Position numbers and translations under genes: made by a program
Shown: in pieces, positions 27,561 to 36,910 of the stretch
How the letters are laid out: every line of letters starts with the position of its first letter
Position numbering within the stretch: position 1 is the first letter of the stretch
The notes under the pieces: model-generated
What the model was told of the DNA's origin: nothing
Seen by the model: the letters and a program-made list of their open reading frames with translations, nothing else
Database searches by the model: none
DNA from: a virus
IMG/VR virus record: IMGVR_UViG_3300042554_001073
Reading direction: 5' to 3' (one strand)
Length of the DNA: 64,000 nucleotides

Positions 27561-28160
27561 TTACTTTGATAAAATGAAAAATCCATTTCCATATGGATAC
27601 TGATCAATCCATTTTTGTTTGATTGATCCAAGAGAATAAGAAAATCTTTCCAGTCTAAATCCCTGAGACTCAAAAAGATTTATCCACCATTCTTCATCTT
27701 TTTTAGTGACATGAGTGATATCAACTTCATACTCTCTGATTCTAAACCTATCATCATCTCCCAAGGGAACAACAAAGAAAAACTGCGATGCTTTTCTTTT
27801 TAGAGTTTGAAGAACATCTGGTAAGTCAACCTCTTCAACATGCTCAAGAACATCTTTACAAATCAATAGATCATAATGATTATCATTTGGTAGAGAAACA
27901 TAATCTCTAACATTTGGATGACAGTTTTCTACAGCATATTCACTAATGTCCTCACCATAAGCATCACATCCAATAATACGAAGAGCATTAACTAGAAAAC
28001 CTTTAGCACATCCATAATCAACACAACTTTTAAAAGCAAAAGTGTTTTGAATATCTAATGCTTCTGGAATAGACCTAGTAGGTTCCCACTTGTAGTTTTC
28101 ATATCCAGAGATGTGTTTTCTAACACCATCTTCATAATAGTCTTTAGTGAAAAGATGCAT
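27561..28160 (-). CDS. Class I SAM-dependent methyltransferase
   Basis: VDYGCAKGF, G.DISEYA, DLLIC.DVLEH. Confidence 0.85.
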   Translation of the reverse strand: MHLFTKDYYEDGVRKHISGYENYKWEPTRSIPEALDIQNTFAFKSCVDYGCAKGFLVNALRIIGCDAYGEDISEYAVENCHPNVRDYVSLPNDNHYDLLICKDVLEHVEEVDLPDVLQTLKRKASQFFFVVPLGDDDRFRIREYEVDITHVTKKDEEWWINLFESQGFRLERFSYSLGSIKQKWIDQYPYGNGFFILSK

Positions 28161-28161
28161 A

Positions 28162-29295
28162 TCAAGCAAAGTCATTATGTTCAGTTTCAGTAAGAATATC
28201 GTCAATCAGTTCATTTTGGATAGCGTACTTACAGTAGTGGCAAGCATGATGTCTAAGAGTTGGTGGCTTATTATAGAATTCTTCTATACCATCAATATCA
28301 CAAACAGCAAACTGAGACTCTGGAACGTAGTTATAGTTATTTTCAATAGACAACTCAGCGGAAGGACATGCATAAATGTACCCATCGGTGAATAGAAATG
28401 GTTTAACCATGTGCATATAGCAGTGGTCATTTCTACGTTCACCTTTAAAGTTAAAGTCTGACAGGAAAGCATACTTTAACTTCCTACCACGATCCTGTTC
28501 GTAGTGCTCAATTACTCCACGAATAGTTTCAATGTCCTTCTCAGTTTCTTTTACATCCTTAATGGCATTAAAAGCGATACGACAAGGAATACCGTTCTCC
28601 TCTACCCAGTCTAACATACGAATGAAGTTTTCGGTAGTCTGGAACTTCTGAGATAGAACTCTCTTATTCTTTACATCAGTCCAATCGCCAGTGATGTTAG
28701 GGTTCTTAGATGTTTCTAGGTTTTCATCCCAAACATAAGCAGCAGATGGTTTACAATTAGTTCCCTCAAATACACTTAGGTCATACTCATAACCTTCATA
28801 GAAACCATACATACCAAGACGAACCCAATCAAATAGTTCTACAATATCTTTTTTGATTGGACGATCTGCCCCAAAGCGAGCACCATTTGTACAAATACCT
28901 AGACTAAATCCAAGGTCTTTGGCATATCTTACAATCTTTTTAAAGTCTGGGTGTATACTTGGTTCCCCACCACCAGTAAACTCAACACCAGTTACTCCAA
29001 TCTTTTTGAAACTATCAAGTGCTTGAAGAACTTTTTCTGTTGGGAGTTTCTCAGAGATGTCTCTGTTAGCAAAGCAACAGAACGAGCAAGTAAGATTGCA
29101 AGCATTCGTCAAGGAAATATGTGCCATCACAGGTGATGGTGGTTTTCCTTGTTGAAGTCCTTCTAGTTTATCTAAATGCTTGAGAAGTTTTGTTGCGTTA
29201 CTACTAAAACTTCTTCCTTGAACTGCGTCATCTTTTTTGACGAAAGTTCCATCATCATTAAAAATATTTGTACCCTTATATGGCAAGACAGTCAT
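28162..29295 (-). CDS. Radical SAM protein with C-terminal Cys-rich (SPASM/twitch-like) segment
   Basis: CNLTCSFC, FTGGGEP, TNG; C-terminal CY...YACP...CHYC. Confidence 0.9.
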   Translation of the reverse strand: MTVLPYKGTNIFNDDGTFVKKDDAVQGRSFSSNATKLLKHLDKLEGLQQGKPPSPVMAHISLTNACNLTCSFCCFANRDISEKLPTEKVLQALDSFKKIGVTGVEFTGGGEPSIHPDFKKIVRYAKDLGFSLGICTNGARFGADRPIKKDIVELFDWVRLGMYGFYEGYEYDLSVFEGTNCKPSAAYVWDENLETSKNPNITGDWTDVKNKRVLSQKFQTTENFIRMLDWVEENGIPCRIAFNAIKDVKETEKDIETIRGVIEHYEQDRGRKLKYAFLSDFNFKGERRNDHCYMHMVKPFLFTDGYIYACPSAELSIENNYNYVPESQFAVCDIDGIEEFYNKPPTLRHHACHYCKYAIQNELIDDILTETEHNDFA

Positions 29296-29325
29296 TTGTC
29301 AGTCTCCATGATGTTTTTCGCTGAG

Positions 29326-30072
29326 TTATTTATGGTCATGTATATAATCCCTTTCTACTAAGTTTTCATTCCAAATCAAGTAAAACATTCTTTCCATAAT
29401 ATGTGCCTCAGCACAAGTTGGATCGTGTGGAGGAACTGGTTTATAGTTTAGAACACTTTTTAGTTTTTCGTACAAATGTTTACTATACTTTAGAATATTC
29501 TCTTTGGGAACCGCAAAGTTTGAAGCAGGAATGAATTCTATTGTATCTGTTTTTGGTGGGTTAATAAAACACCAATCAAGAAGTTCATGATGACTTGAAA
29601 AGAATCTATCTTCCAAATCATTGTTGTAAGAATAATTACACCAAGCAACTGGTTGAATAAGTCTTCCATTCTGAAGAGTTTCAAGAGGAGTATAGTTTGT
29701 ATGACTATGATCTCCAACCAATAGTTTCTTGTCAACCCAAATACTAAACAACTCAGTTGTATCTAATGCTTGAAAAAACCTTTCCTTTGTTGTGTAGTAG
29801 TTTTCACCTCTAGAAAAAAGATTGCCCTTAACAAAGATCGAAACATCTGGAAGACAATCATAGTTATCTATTATGAAGTTCAATATATCATACTGATTGG
29901 CACCAAAGTTTGGAGACTTTGTTACTTTTCCAAGATGACTATAATCAACTTCAACATCACTTTTATCATAGATGAATGTATTTTCAGAAGAGAATCCATA
30001 AGGATGAGTTTCTTTCAACCATTCTAGATCCCAGTTGTAGTTAGAAACTACTAATGATTTACTATACGTCAT
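29326..30072 (-). CDS. DUF3431-like protein
   Basis: LVVSNYNWDLEWL, IYDK, N.G.NQYD...FIIDNYD.LPD, AHIMERMF. Confidence 0.7.
   Translation of the reverse strand: MTYSKSLVVSNYNWDLEWLKETHPYGFSSENTFIYDKSDVEVDYSHLGKVTKSPNFGANQYDILNFIIDNYDCLPDVSIFVKGNLFSRGENYYTTKERFFQALDTTELFSIWVDKKLLVGDHSHTNYTPLETLQNGRLIQPVAWCNYSYNNDLEDRFFSSHHELLDWCFINPPKTDTIEFIPASNFAVPKENILKYSKHLYEKLKSVLNYKPVPPHDPTCAEAHIMERMFYLIWNENLVERDYIHDHK
29327..29334 (-). promoter_or_regulatory. T4-type late promoter inside the sugar island
   Basis: CATAAATA about 30 nt upstream of the radical SAM start. Confidence 0.55.
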
Positions 30073-31022
30073 TTGTTTCCAGGAAATGGACCTTCACCTT
30101 TTAGGAAAAATCTTTCTTGTTTGAATCTTTCATTATAAAGATTATTCCTTAAACTATATTCTTCATACTCTTTCCAACACTCATCATAAGAAAAAAGATT
30201 TCCTTCTCTATCTTGATACATCCACCCACTATAAATGTTTTGTGGCATGGACCAATATCCATCAGAAACATTATGTCTTGCCCAATATTTTGGAGCAATT
30301 ATATTTTCAATAGTGTCACTAGTGAATACTGGGAAGAATGAGAAACTAGAGTTAGAAAGAATTACATGCTTAGAATTCTTAATTATAGCATAGTCCTTAT
30401 CAACAGTAAAATGATAAGCAGGTATTTCTGGGAGAATAGACTTAGACGCTTCTACATCATCAGTAATTGATACAAATCTCATATTTGGATTTATTTTAAC
30501 CATATTGTTCATGGCATTAATCCAATAGTCTCTGACTAAGAAGAGTACTGGATCATTCCTATACTCACCACCACGAACATTTAAGACACAAACATCATCA
30601 TCAATATATTCATAAGTATCATACTCTTCTTTTACTTTAAGCCACTGTTTTACAAGTTCCTTGTTGTGAATAAAATATCTTTCATCCTGCATATTACCAA
30701 ACATCAATGTGTTGTCTGGAACAGCAACAAGATTCTCATCAAACTTACTGATATGACATCCGTGTGTGCTATCGTGCCAACACGTTTGTAGGAACAATCT
30801 GGTATCTTTTTCATGATAGATATCCAATCCATCAGGAACAGGAGACCCATAATCAAGATCCATCCAATAGAATCCATTCTGATTGTATCGTTTATCTCCA
30901 GACCACCCAGTATCTTTTATTCCAAACTCAAGTCCCCTATCATGAGCGATTGACCTTGTTGTAACATAGCAAAATAGTTGGTTTCCTATTCCCTGACCAT
31001 TTAAAATTTCAGTAGCTAGCAT
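30069..31022 (-). CDS. GT11-like glycosyltransferase (third, divergent)
   Basis: GQGIGNQLF, NVRGGEY, ILSNSSFSFF. Confidence 0.75.
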   Translation of the reverse strand: MLATEILNGQGIGNQLFCYVTTRSIAHDRGLEFGIKDTGWSGDKRYNQNGFYWMDLDYGSPVPDGLDIYHEKDTRLFLQTCWHDSTHGCHISKFDENLVAVPDNTLMFGNMQDERYFIHNKELVKQWLKVKEEYDTYEYIDDDVCVLNVRGGEYRNDPVLFLVRDYWINAMNNMVKINPNMRFVSITDDVEASKSILPEIPAYHFTVDKDYAIIKNSKHVILSNSSFSFFPVFTSDTIENIIAPKYWARHNVSDGYWSMPQNIYSGWMYQDREGNLFSYDECWKEYEEYSLRNNLYNERFKQERFFLKGEGPFPGNK

Positions 31023-31026
31023 AGTA

Positions 31027-31908
31027 TCAATATTCTTTGATTAGATTAGCGTACTTATCCAAGTTGTCAAGGATGTATTGGGGGAAAGAATCGTCCATAG
31101 GGAATACTTTATAAGAAGCATATTCTCTACCAAGAGGATCAATATTGTCCTTTACTTTAGATACATTATTTTTAATAGCATCATTGTTCATTTCGGGATG
31201 TGATGAACACTCACACTTTTTAATCAGTCTTTCCTCAACAGTCAGTCCTTCACTACCAACATAACTCCAATGCCATCCACCAGGGAATATCCTAGAGTTC
31301 TTTTCATTTTCATGTTTAGACCTAAGTTGAGATAGTTCATATTTGTCAAGGATAGGTTTCCCAAATACCTTTGTTCCCAACCATCTTGGTCTGTCATTTC
31401 CATAATCAAAGTCTGGGGTCATTGCTCTGAGGATTCCAGTAACTTCAATCAAGTTCAAATAACTAATACAATTTTCCTGAGCAAAGTGATAGATTACATC
31501 TGTCTCAAAAAAAGACTTAAGTTCTGCTACAGCATCTGGATTTGGAACTTCATCAAGATCACCCCAAATGATAGCGTCCTCATCACCAACGTGCTTCAGA
31601 AGAAGTTCTTTTATAGTATCCTTCTGATAAGCGTCTCTCTGTTGTGCTTCAATCTGAGTCCCATACTTTCTACCATATTCTGATAGAAGAGATTTATCAG
31701 CGTCCTCAACAACATTATGAATTATCTTATGATTAAACTTTTCAAACTTATCTTTATTCTCTTGATAGTAGAGAATTTTATCATTACCTTGAAAATCTTT
31801 TGTTCCCTCACTCAGAACAAAAAAGTCTACATAAGGGTCAAGTAAATTCAATCTGATTTCAAGCAGATCTACTTCATTAAAAAATGGAAATACATCAAAT
31901 ACTTTCAT
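31027..31908 (-). CDS. Glycosyltransferase family 17 (MGAT3-like GlcNAc transferase)
   Basis: VFD.FPFFNEVDLLEIRL..L...VD.FV..E, QRD, DLDEVP, GGWHWSY. Confidence 0.85.
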   Translation of the reverse strand: MKVFDVFPFFNEVDLLEIRLNLLDPYVDFFVLSEGTKDFQGNDKILYYQENKDKFEKFNHKIIHNVVEDADKSLLSEYGRKYGTQIEAQQRDAYQKDTIKELLLKHVGDEDAIIWGDLDEVPNPDAVAELKSFFETDVIYHFAQENCISYLNLIEVTGILRAMTPDFDYGNDRPRWLGTKVFGKPILDKYELSQLRSKHENEKNSRIFPGGWHWSYVGSEGLTVEERLIKKCECSSHPEMNNDAIKNNVSKVKDNIDPLGREYASYKVFPMDDSFPQYILDNLDKYANLIKEY

Positions 31909-32758
31909 AGTCCTTCCTCATAGCATTAAAAACTTTAGCAATACCCTGGTCAATAGTAGTTTTTGGAGTCCACCATTTAGTAATAAAGGTGTCTGCCATA
32001 TTTCTTTTATCCAACTGAACACTATCTTTTTCTTCAGATGCTTTGATAACAACATCATATTTGCCCATAATAGCAAACTGACCAGCAATCATACTGGCAA
32101 TATCTATAATTTTTGTGTAGTGAAAACTTGTGATATGAAGATTATCTTCTGGTGTAAAATCAGTAAAGTTTTCCATCACTGTTTCAAGTGCTTCACAGCA
32201 GTCTTCAGCATAAAGAAAATCCCGTTGCTCCTGTCCATCAGTAAGCATATCAATTACACCGGTTTCAAATCCTTTACGAATAAAGTCAGTGATAACGTGT
32301 GCCTTTTCATGGTCTTTCTCAATACCATAGACATTCCAGAACTTCACAATCAATCCATTTAGTGACTTAGTATAAAGTTCACCAACGTTTTTAAGAACAC
32401 CATATGGAGAGTAACTCATGTTACTCATTTGAGAGGAAGCAAATACAAATCTCTTATTGTATTTTTTCAAGTACCCAAATGCATTTGCCATTAAACGAGC
32501 ATTGTTATCAATGAATTGGAAAGTGTGTTGATACTTTTTGAGATAACGAGAACCACCAACATCAAATGCAAGGAAGAATACAAAATCAGAATCTTGTATT
32601 GTCATTTCCAATGATGAATTTGGAATTCTGGTCATATCTTGGTGTTCATCATTGACAATATCAAACTCATGAACTGTATGTCCCTTGCCACGCAAGTATT
32701 CTGTAAGGTAGGCACCAATTTGCCCACTAGAACCCAGTACTGTAATTTTCATAGTCAA
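31895..32758 (-). CDS. NAD-dependent epimerase/dehydratase
   Basis: GSSGQIG, YGVLK, RDFLYAED. Confidence 0.85.
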   Translation of the reverse strand: MTMKITVLGSSGQIGAYLTEYLRGKGHTVHEFDIVNDEHQDMTRIPNSSLEMTIQDSDFVFFLAFDVGGSRYLKKYQHTFQFIDNNARLMANAFGYLKKYNKRFVFASSQMSNMSYSPYGVLKNVGELYTKSLNGLIVKFWNVYGIEKDHEKAHVITDFIRKGFETGVIDMLTDGQEQRDFLYAEDCCEALETVMENFTDFTPEDNLHITSFHYTKIIDIASMIAGQFAIMGKYDVVIKASEEKDSVQLDKRNMADTFITKWWTPKTTIDQGIAKVFNAMRKDYESI

Positions 32759-33804
32759 TTACCAAGTTGTTGATTAATCCAGTCGTAAGTTCGAGCAATA
32801 CCTTCTTCCAGAGACATTGAATAATCCCAGTTGAGTTTTTCCCGAATCAAATCATTATTTGAATTACGACCACGAACACCAAGAGGTCCATCAATATGCT
32901 TTTTAGTAATTTCTTTTCCAGCCGCTTTAGCAGCAATATCTGCCAACTGATTAATAGTTACCATCTCTTCAGAACCAATATTCACTGGTCCCATAAAATC
33001 AGACTGGACAAGGCGATATGTTGCTTCTACACATTCATCAATATACAAGAAGGAACGTGTTTGTTCTCCATCTCCCCAGATTTCAATCTCTCCACCGTCT
33101 TCAGGAAGTTCTGCTACTTTGCGACAGATTGCTGCCGGTGACTTTTCTTTTCCACCACACCAAGTTCCTTCTGGTCCGAATATATTATGATATCTAGCAA
33201 CACGTACAGGAATATTATAGTTGCGATTATAAGCAAAGTAGAGACGTTCTGAGAACAGTTTTTCCCATCCATATTCACTATCAGGTCCTGCTGGGTAAGC
33301 ATCATCTTCTTTGAGTCCAGGATTTTCTGGGTCCATCTGAATATGTTCTGGATACATACAAGCAGATGATGAGAAGAAAATAGTTGTTTTATTTACTGCT
33401 TTCAGTTCGTTCAAATCCTTTAACGAACGAAGAACATTTAAATTAATAGATGCTGAGTTATTCATCACATCAGCATCATGATCTCCCGTAAAAATATATC
33501 CAGCACCACCCATATCAGCAGCAAACTGATAGATTTCATCAAAAGTATCGATATAATTTGTTGGAACAAATTTATAAAAATTCCCAGAATATCCCCTAAA
33601 CTGTACTACTTTATCGACAAAAATTTGATCGGTTAAATCACCGAGAATAAATTCATCTGCTTGAGATAAAGAGTGTTCTGGATATTTTACGTCTACACCA
33701 CGAACCCAATATCCTTCATTCTTTAATCGTTTAACCATGTGACTGCCAATAAAGCCACCAGCACCAAGTACAAGTGCTGTTTTAATCTGTTGTGTCATGA
33801 ACAA
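32755..33804 (-). CDS. GDP-mannose 3,5-epimerase-like
   Basis: GAGGFIGSH, FAADMGGAGYI, SSACMYP, YGWEKL, IWGDG.QTRSF, GVRGRNSNN. Confidence 0.85.
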   Translation of the reverse strand: MFMTQQIKTALVLGAGGFIGSHMVKRLKNEGYWVRGVDVKYPEHSLSQADEFILGDLTDQIFVDKVVQFRGYSGNFYKFVPTNYIDTFDEIYQFAADMGGAGYIFTGDHDADVMNNSASINLNVLRSLKDLNELKAVNKTTIFFSSSACMYPEHIQMDPENPGLKEDDAYPAGPDSEYGWEKLFSERLYFAYNRNYNIPVRVARYHNIFGPEGTWCGGKEKSPAAICRKVAELPEDGGEIEIWGDGEQTRSFLYIDECVEATYRLVQSDFMGPVNIGSEEMVTINQLADIAAKAAGKEITKKHIDGPLGVRGRNSNNDLIREKLNWDYSMSLEEGIARTYDWINQQLGN

Positions 33805-33826
33805 ATCAATAATCTCCTAGTATATA

Positions 33827-34741
33827 TTATAGCATATTATGACAATACCAATCATAAGTTTTCTTAAGACCTTCCTCAAGAGATATCTTTGGTTCCCATC
33901 CAAGTTCTTTAATTTTATCTACATTTAGAACTTTACGAAGAGTTCCATTTGGGACATCACTATTCCATTTAATTTCACCAGTAAATCCAACAACTCTGGC
34001 AATCATCTGGGACAACTCTTTAATTGTAATGTCTTCACCAACTCCAATATTAATATGAGAAGATTCTTCATACTTCTGCATACAAACATAACAAGCTTCT
34101 GCTAAATCGTCAGCGTGAAGAAATTCTCTTTTAGGAGAACCATCGCCCCACAATGTTACATCTCCACCTTCGTGAAGTTTACGAATTAAAGCTGGTAAAA
34201 CGTGAGATGTTTCAAGATCAAAGTTATCATTGATGCCATATAGATTACACGGCATTACGCTAATAGCATTAAATCCATATTGTTCACGATATGATTGACA
34301 CATTTTAATGCCAGCGATCTTAGCGATAGCATAAGCATCATTTGTTGGTTCAAGTGGACCAGAGAGAAGTGATGATTCTACAATAGGAACCTCCGCAAAT
34401 TTGGGGTAAATGCATGAAGATCCCAGAAATAAAAGTTTCTTAACTCCTGTTTGATAGGCAGAATCTATAATGTTTGATTGGATCATCAAATTATCATAAA
34501 TCATTTCTGCTTTATGATTTTTATTTCCAAGAATTCCACCAACTTTTGCGGCAGCAAGGAAAACATATTCAGGTTCTTCTGAAAGAAAATATCTTATAGT
34601 TTCATCTTGATTTGTAAAGTCAACATCATCACGAGTTCCCTTGATAATATTAGTATACCCTTTACTTTCAAGGTTTCTTACTATTGCTGACCCAACCATT
34701 CCGTTAGCGCCAGCAACTAAAATTTTAGATTTCTTGTTCAT
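33827..34741 (-). CDS. fcl: GDP-L-fucose synthase
   Basis: [55 protein letters not shown]. Confidence 0.95.
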   Translation of the reverse strand: MNKKSKILVAGANGMVGSAIVRNLESKGYTNIIKGTRDDVDFTNQDETIRYFLSEEPEYVFLAAAKVGGILGNKNHKAEMIYDNLMIQSNIIDSAYQTGVKKLLFLGSSCIYPKFAEVPIVESSLLSGPLEPTNDAYAIAKIAGIKMCQSYREQYGFNAISVMPCNLYGINDNFDLETSHVLPALIRKLHEGGDVTLWGDGSPKREFLHADDLAEACYVCMQKYEESSHINIGVGEDITIKELSQMIARVVGFTGEIKWNSDVPNGTLRKVLNVDKIKELGWEPKISLEEGLKKTYDWYCHNML

Positions 34742-35735
34742 TTTTACACATATCCTCTACTAGTTGTTCAAACGAAGTATTTGGTTCCCACCCAAGTTTT
34801 TGTTTTGCTTTACTATAATCGCCAAGAAGAGAATCTACTTCTGCTGGACGGAAGTATTTTGGATCAACCATTATACAAACTAACCCAGTATTTGTATCAA
34901 TTCCAACTTCAGTTCCATCAACAGTAAACTGCCACTCTATATTCATTCCAAAGTAAGGTGCTGCTTCCTCAACAAATTGACGAACAGAATATTGTTTACC
35001 AGTTGCTATTACAAAGTCATCTGGTTCTTCTTGCTGTAGCATCATCCACATTGCCTCAACATAATCTTTAGCGTGTCCCCAATCACGTTTAGCATCAAGG
35101 TTACCCAACTTAAGAACAGTCTGCTTACCTTCAGAAATTGCTTTAAGACCCCTAGTAATCTTCCTTGTTACGAACGTTTCACCGCGTCTGGGAGATTCAT
35201 GATTAAACAAAATACCAGTACAAGCATACATTCCATATGCTTCTCTATAGTTTTTAGTAATCCAATATGCGTAAATCTTTGCTACACCATAAGGAGAACG
35301 GGGATAAAAAGGAGTAGTTTCGCGCTGAGGAGTTTCTTGAACAAGACCATAAAGTTCACTTGTAGATGCTTGGTAAATACGGACGCGATCTTCCATACCC
35401 AAGAGACGCACTGCTTCAAGAACACGAAGAGTTCCCATACCATCCACATCAGCAGTGTATTCAGGCATCTCAAAGGATACTTTGACGTGACTTTGAGCAC
35501 CAAGATTATAAATTTCATCAGGTTGAACTTTTTGTATAACTCGAACTATATTAGTAGAGTCTGTTAAGTCTCCGTAATGTAAGTTAATATTTTGAAATAT
35601 ATGATCAATTCTATGAGTATTAATCATAGAAGACCTTCTTATAATACCGTGAACTTCGTATCCCTTTTCTAAAAGAAGTTCAGCAAGATAAGAACCATCC
35701 TGACCAGTTATTCCAGTAATTAATGCTACTTTCAT
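34725..35735 (-). CDS. gmd: GDP-mannose 4,6-dehydratase
   Basis: [47 protein letters not shown]. Confidence 0.97.
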   Translation of the reverse strand: MKVALITGITGQDGSYLAELLLEKGYEVHGIIRRSSMINTHRIDHIFQNINLHYGDLTDSTNIVRVIQKVQPDEIYNLGAQSHVKVSFEMPEYTADVDGMGTLRVLEAVRLLGMEDRVRIYQASTSELYGLVQETPQRETTPFYPRSPYGVAKIYAYWITKNYREAYGMYACTGILFNHESPRRGETFVTRKITRGLKAISEGKQTVLKLGNLDAKRDWGHAKDYVEAMWMMLQQEEPDDFVIATGKQYSVRQFVEEAAPYFGMNIEWQFTVDGTEVGIDTNTGLVCIMVDPKYFRPAEVDSLLGDYSKAKQKLGWEPNTSFEQLVEDMCKNEQEI

Positions 35736-35809
35736 GAACAATGATGTTTTTTATATTGTAATAAAAAAGAGGGGTTATGTAAACCCCTCTTATTAAGATT
35801 CAGGCTCGC

Positions 35810-35915
35810 CACCAATTCTTTGACTGGAAATTGGAAACCAGGCGGGAGAGAGTCCCATCCGCACCACTTGCTCTTGAGAGAAGCAAGAAACTCTAAGGGG
35901 TCATTTGACTCCACC
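35810..35915 (-). ncRNA. wcaG-like structured RNA
   Basis: Two GTTT-stem-loop-TGGYG modules flanking GGTGCGG...CCGCC; upstream of gmd/fcl, as described for the cyanophage wcaG motif. Confidence 0.7.
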
Positions 35916-35923
35916 ACCTAGTT

Positions 35924-36151
35924 TTACTTAACCAGGAAAAGTTGGATTAGTTTTGGTACTTCTATAGCAGCATAAAAACCACACAAGAAGAGAATATCCC
36001 AAAACTTATATTTGATAGCAAAAGGAACAACAAAAACGTTCCCTATACATTTTACAAATAATCCAATTTTCATATCTCCCCAAAGCAGAAAGAAATATCC
36101 TGATAAGAGAAGAAGATTGCCAATGTATCGGAATACATTAGATTTTGCCAT
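35924..36151 (-). CDS. Small membrane protein
   Basis: LRY.GN.LLL.GYF.LLWG...GL..K.IG; three hydrophobic stretches. Confidence 0.65.
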   Translation of the reverse strand: MAKSNVFRYIGNLLLLSGYFFLLWGDMKIGLFVKCIGNVFVVPFAIKYKFWDILFLCGFYAAIEVPKLIQLFLVK

Positions 36152-36198
36152 TAGGGGTTTGCTCCCGACCAGTGCTGTTAAAGTCCATCCGTGACTAT

Positions 36199-36441
36199 TT
36201 ACTCATCATCCTCATCGTCTGTAACATAACAAGGAACTCTGTCTGGGTCAAGCCAACGCGCATACTCAATGTCTTCCATAGCAGTAGTACATTGTAGACC
36301 ATTATCAAAAAGATAAATGTCATTCCAACGTTTTGTGTATTCGTTTTGCTTTTGTAAGCGATAATCGGGTTTACCATTTATCTCAAGAATACCTGCTTCA
36401 ACAAAGCGATATCCTTCACGCTCCAGAAGAACCTTTGTCAT
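36199..36441 (-). CDS. Conserved cyanophage hypothetical protein
   Basis: YRFVEAGI.E.NGKPDYRLQK...W.DIYLFDN..QC..AMED. Confidence 0.7.
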   Translation of the reverse strand: MTKVLLEREGYRFVEAGILEINGKPDYRLQKQNEYTKRWNDIYLFDNGLQCTTAMEDIEYARWLDPDRVPCYVTDDEDDE

Positions 36442-36653
36442 GCAACCTCAACTGCTTCAAGATCAGCAAGAACATATTCCATAAGCATCTCATAATCATC
36501 CAGAGGATCACCAGAGAATACTACACCTTCGTTCTCGTAGTAGCGGCGGACCTTTTTGTAGAGTTTCGGATTCTTTACATCAAGGTAAAACTCACCATTT
36601 GCTGCTCCGCGAAGGGTGGAAACGTCTTTCTTGAATTTTGCTGTAAGAGTCAT
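36438..36653 (-). CDS. Conserved cyanophage hypothetical protein
   Basis: MTLTAKFKKD...L..AANGE.YLDVKNPKLYKKVRRYYENEGVVFSGDP. Confidence 0.75.
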   Translation of the reverse strand: MTLTAKFKKDVSTLRGAANGEFYLDVKNPKLYKKVRRYYENEGVVFSGDPLDDYEMLMEYVLADLEAVEVA

Positions 36654-36751
36654 TGTTTTGAATGTTGACCTTAGTATTATAAGGGTTTGACTTAGAGAAG
36701 TCAAGGAGTCCAGATTCCAATCTGGACTTGGACAGATTGGAATCTGTCCTA

Positions 36752-36825
36752 TGCTCGTTGAGAGAATCGAACTCTTCCTACGGCGCTTTATGAGAACGCT
36801 GCCTTCACCAGATGGCTAAACGAGC
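36752..36825 (-). tRNA. tRNA with CAU anticodon, probably Ile2 (or Met)
   Basis: GCTCGTT/AACGAGC acceptor, loop CTCATAA, TTCGATT T-loop. Confidence 0.8.
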
Positions 36826-36828
36826 ATT

Positions 36829-36903
36829 TGGTAGGACTGCTGGGAATTGAACCCAGTTCACACCGTTATAAGCAGTGGGCCTTAACCAATAGGCGACAGT
36901 CCC
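36829..36903 (-). tRNA. tRNA-Ile(UAU)
   Basis: Full cloverleaf, CACTG-CTTATAA-CGGTG, encoded CCA. Confidence 0.9.
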
Positions 36904-36910
36904 ATAAAGA

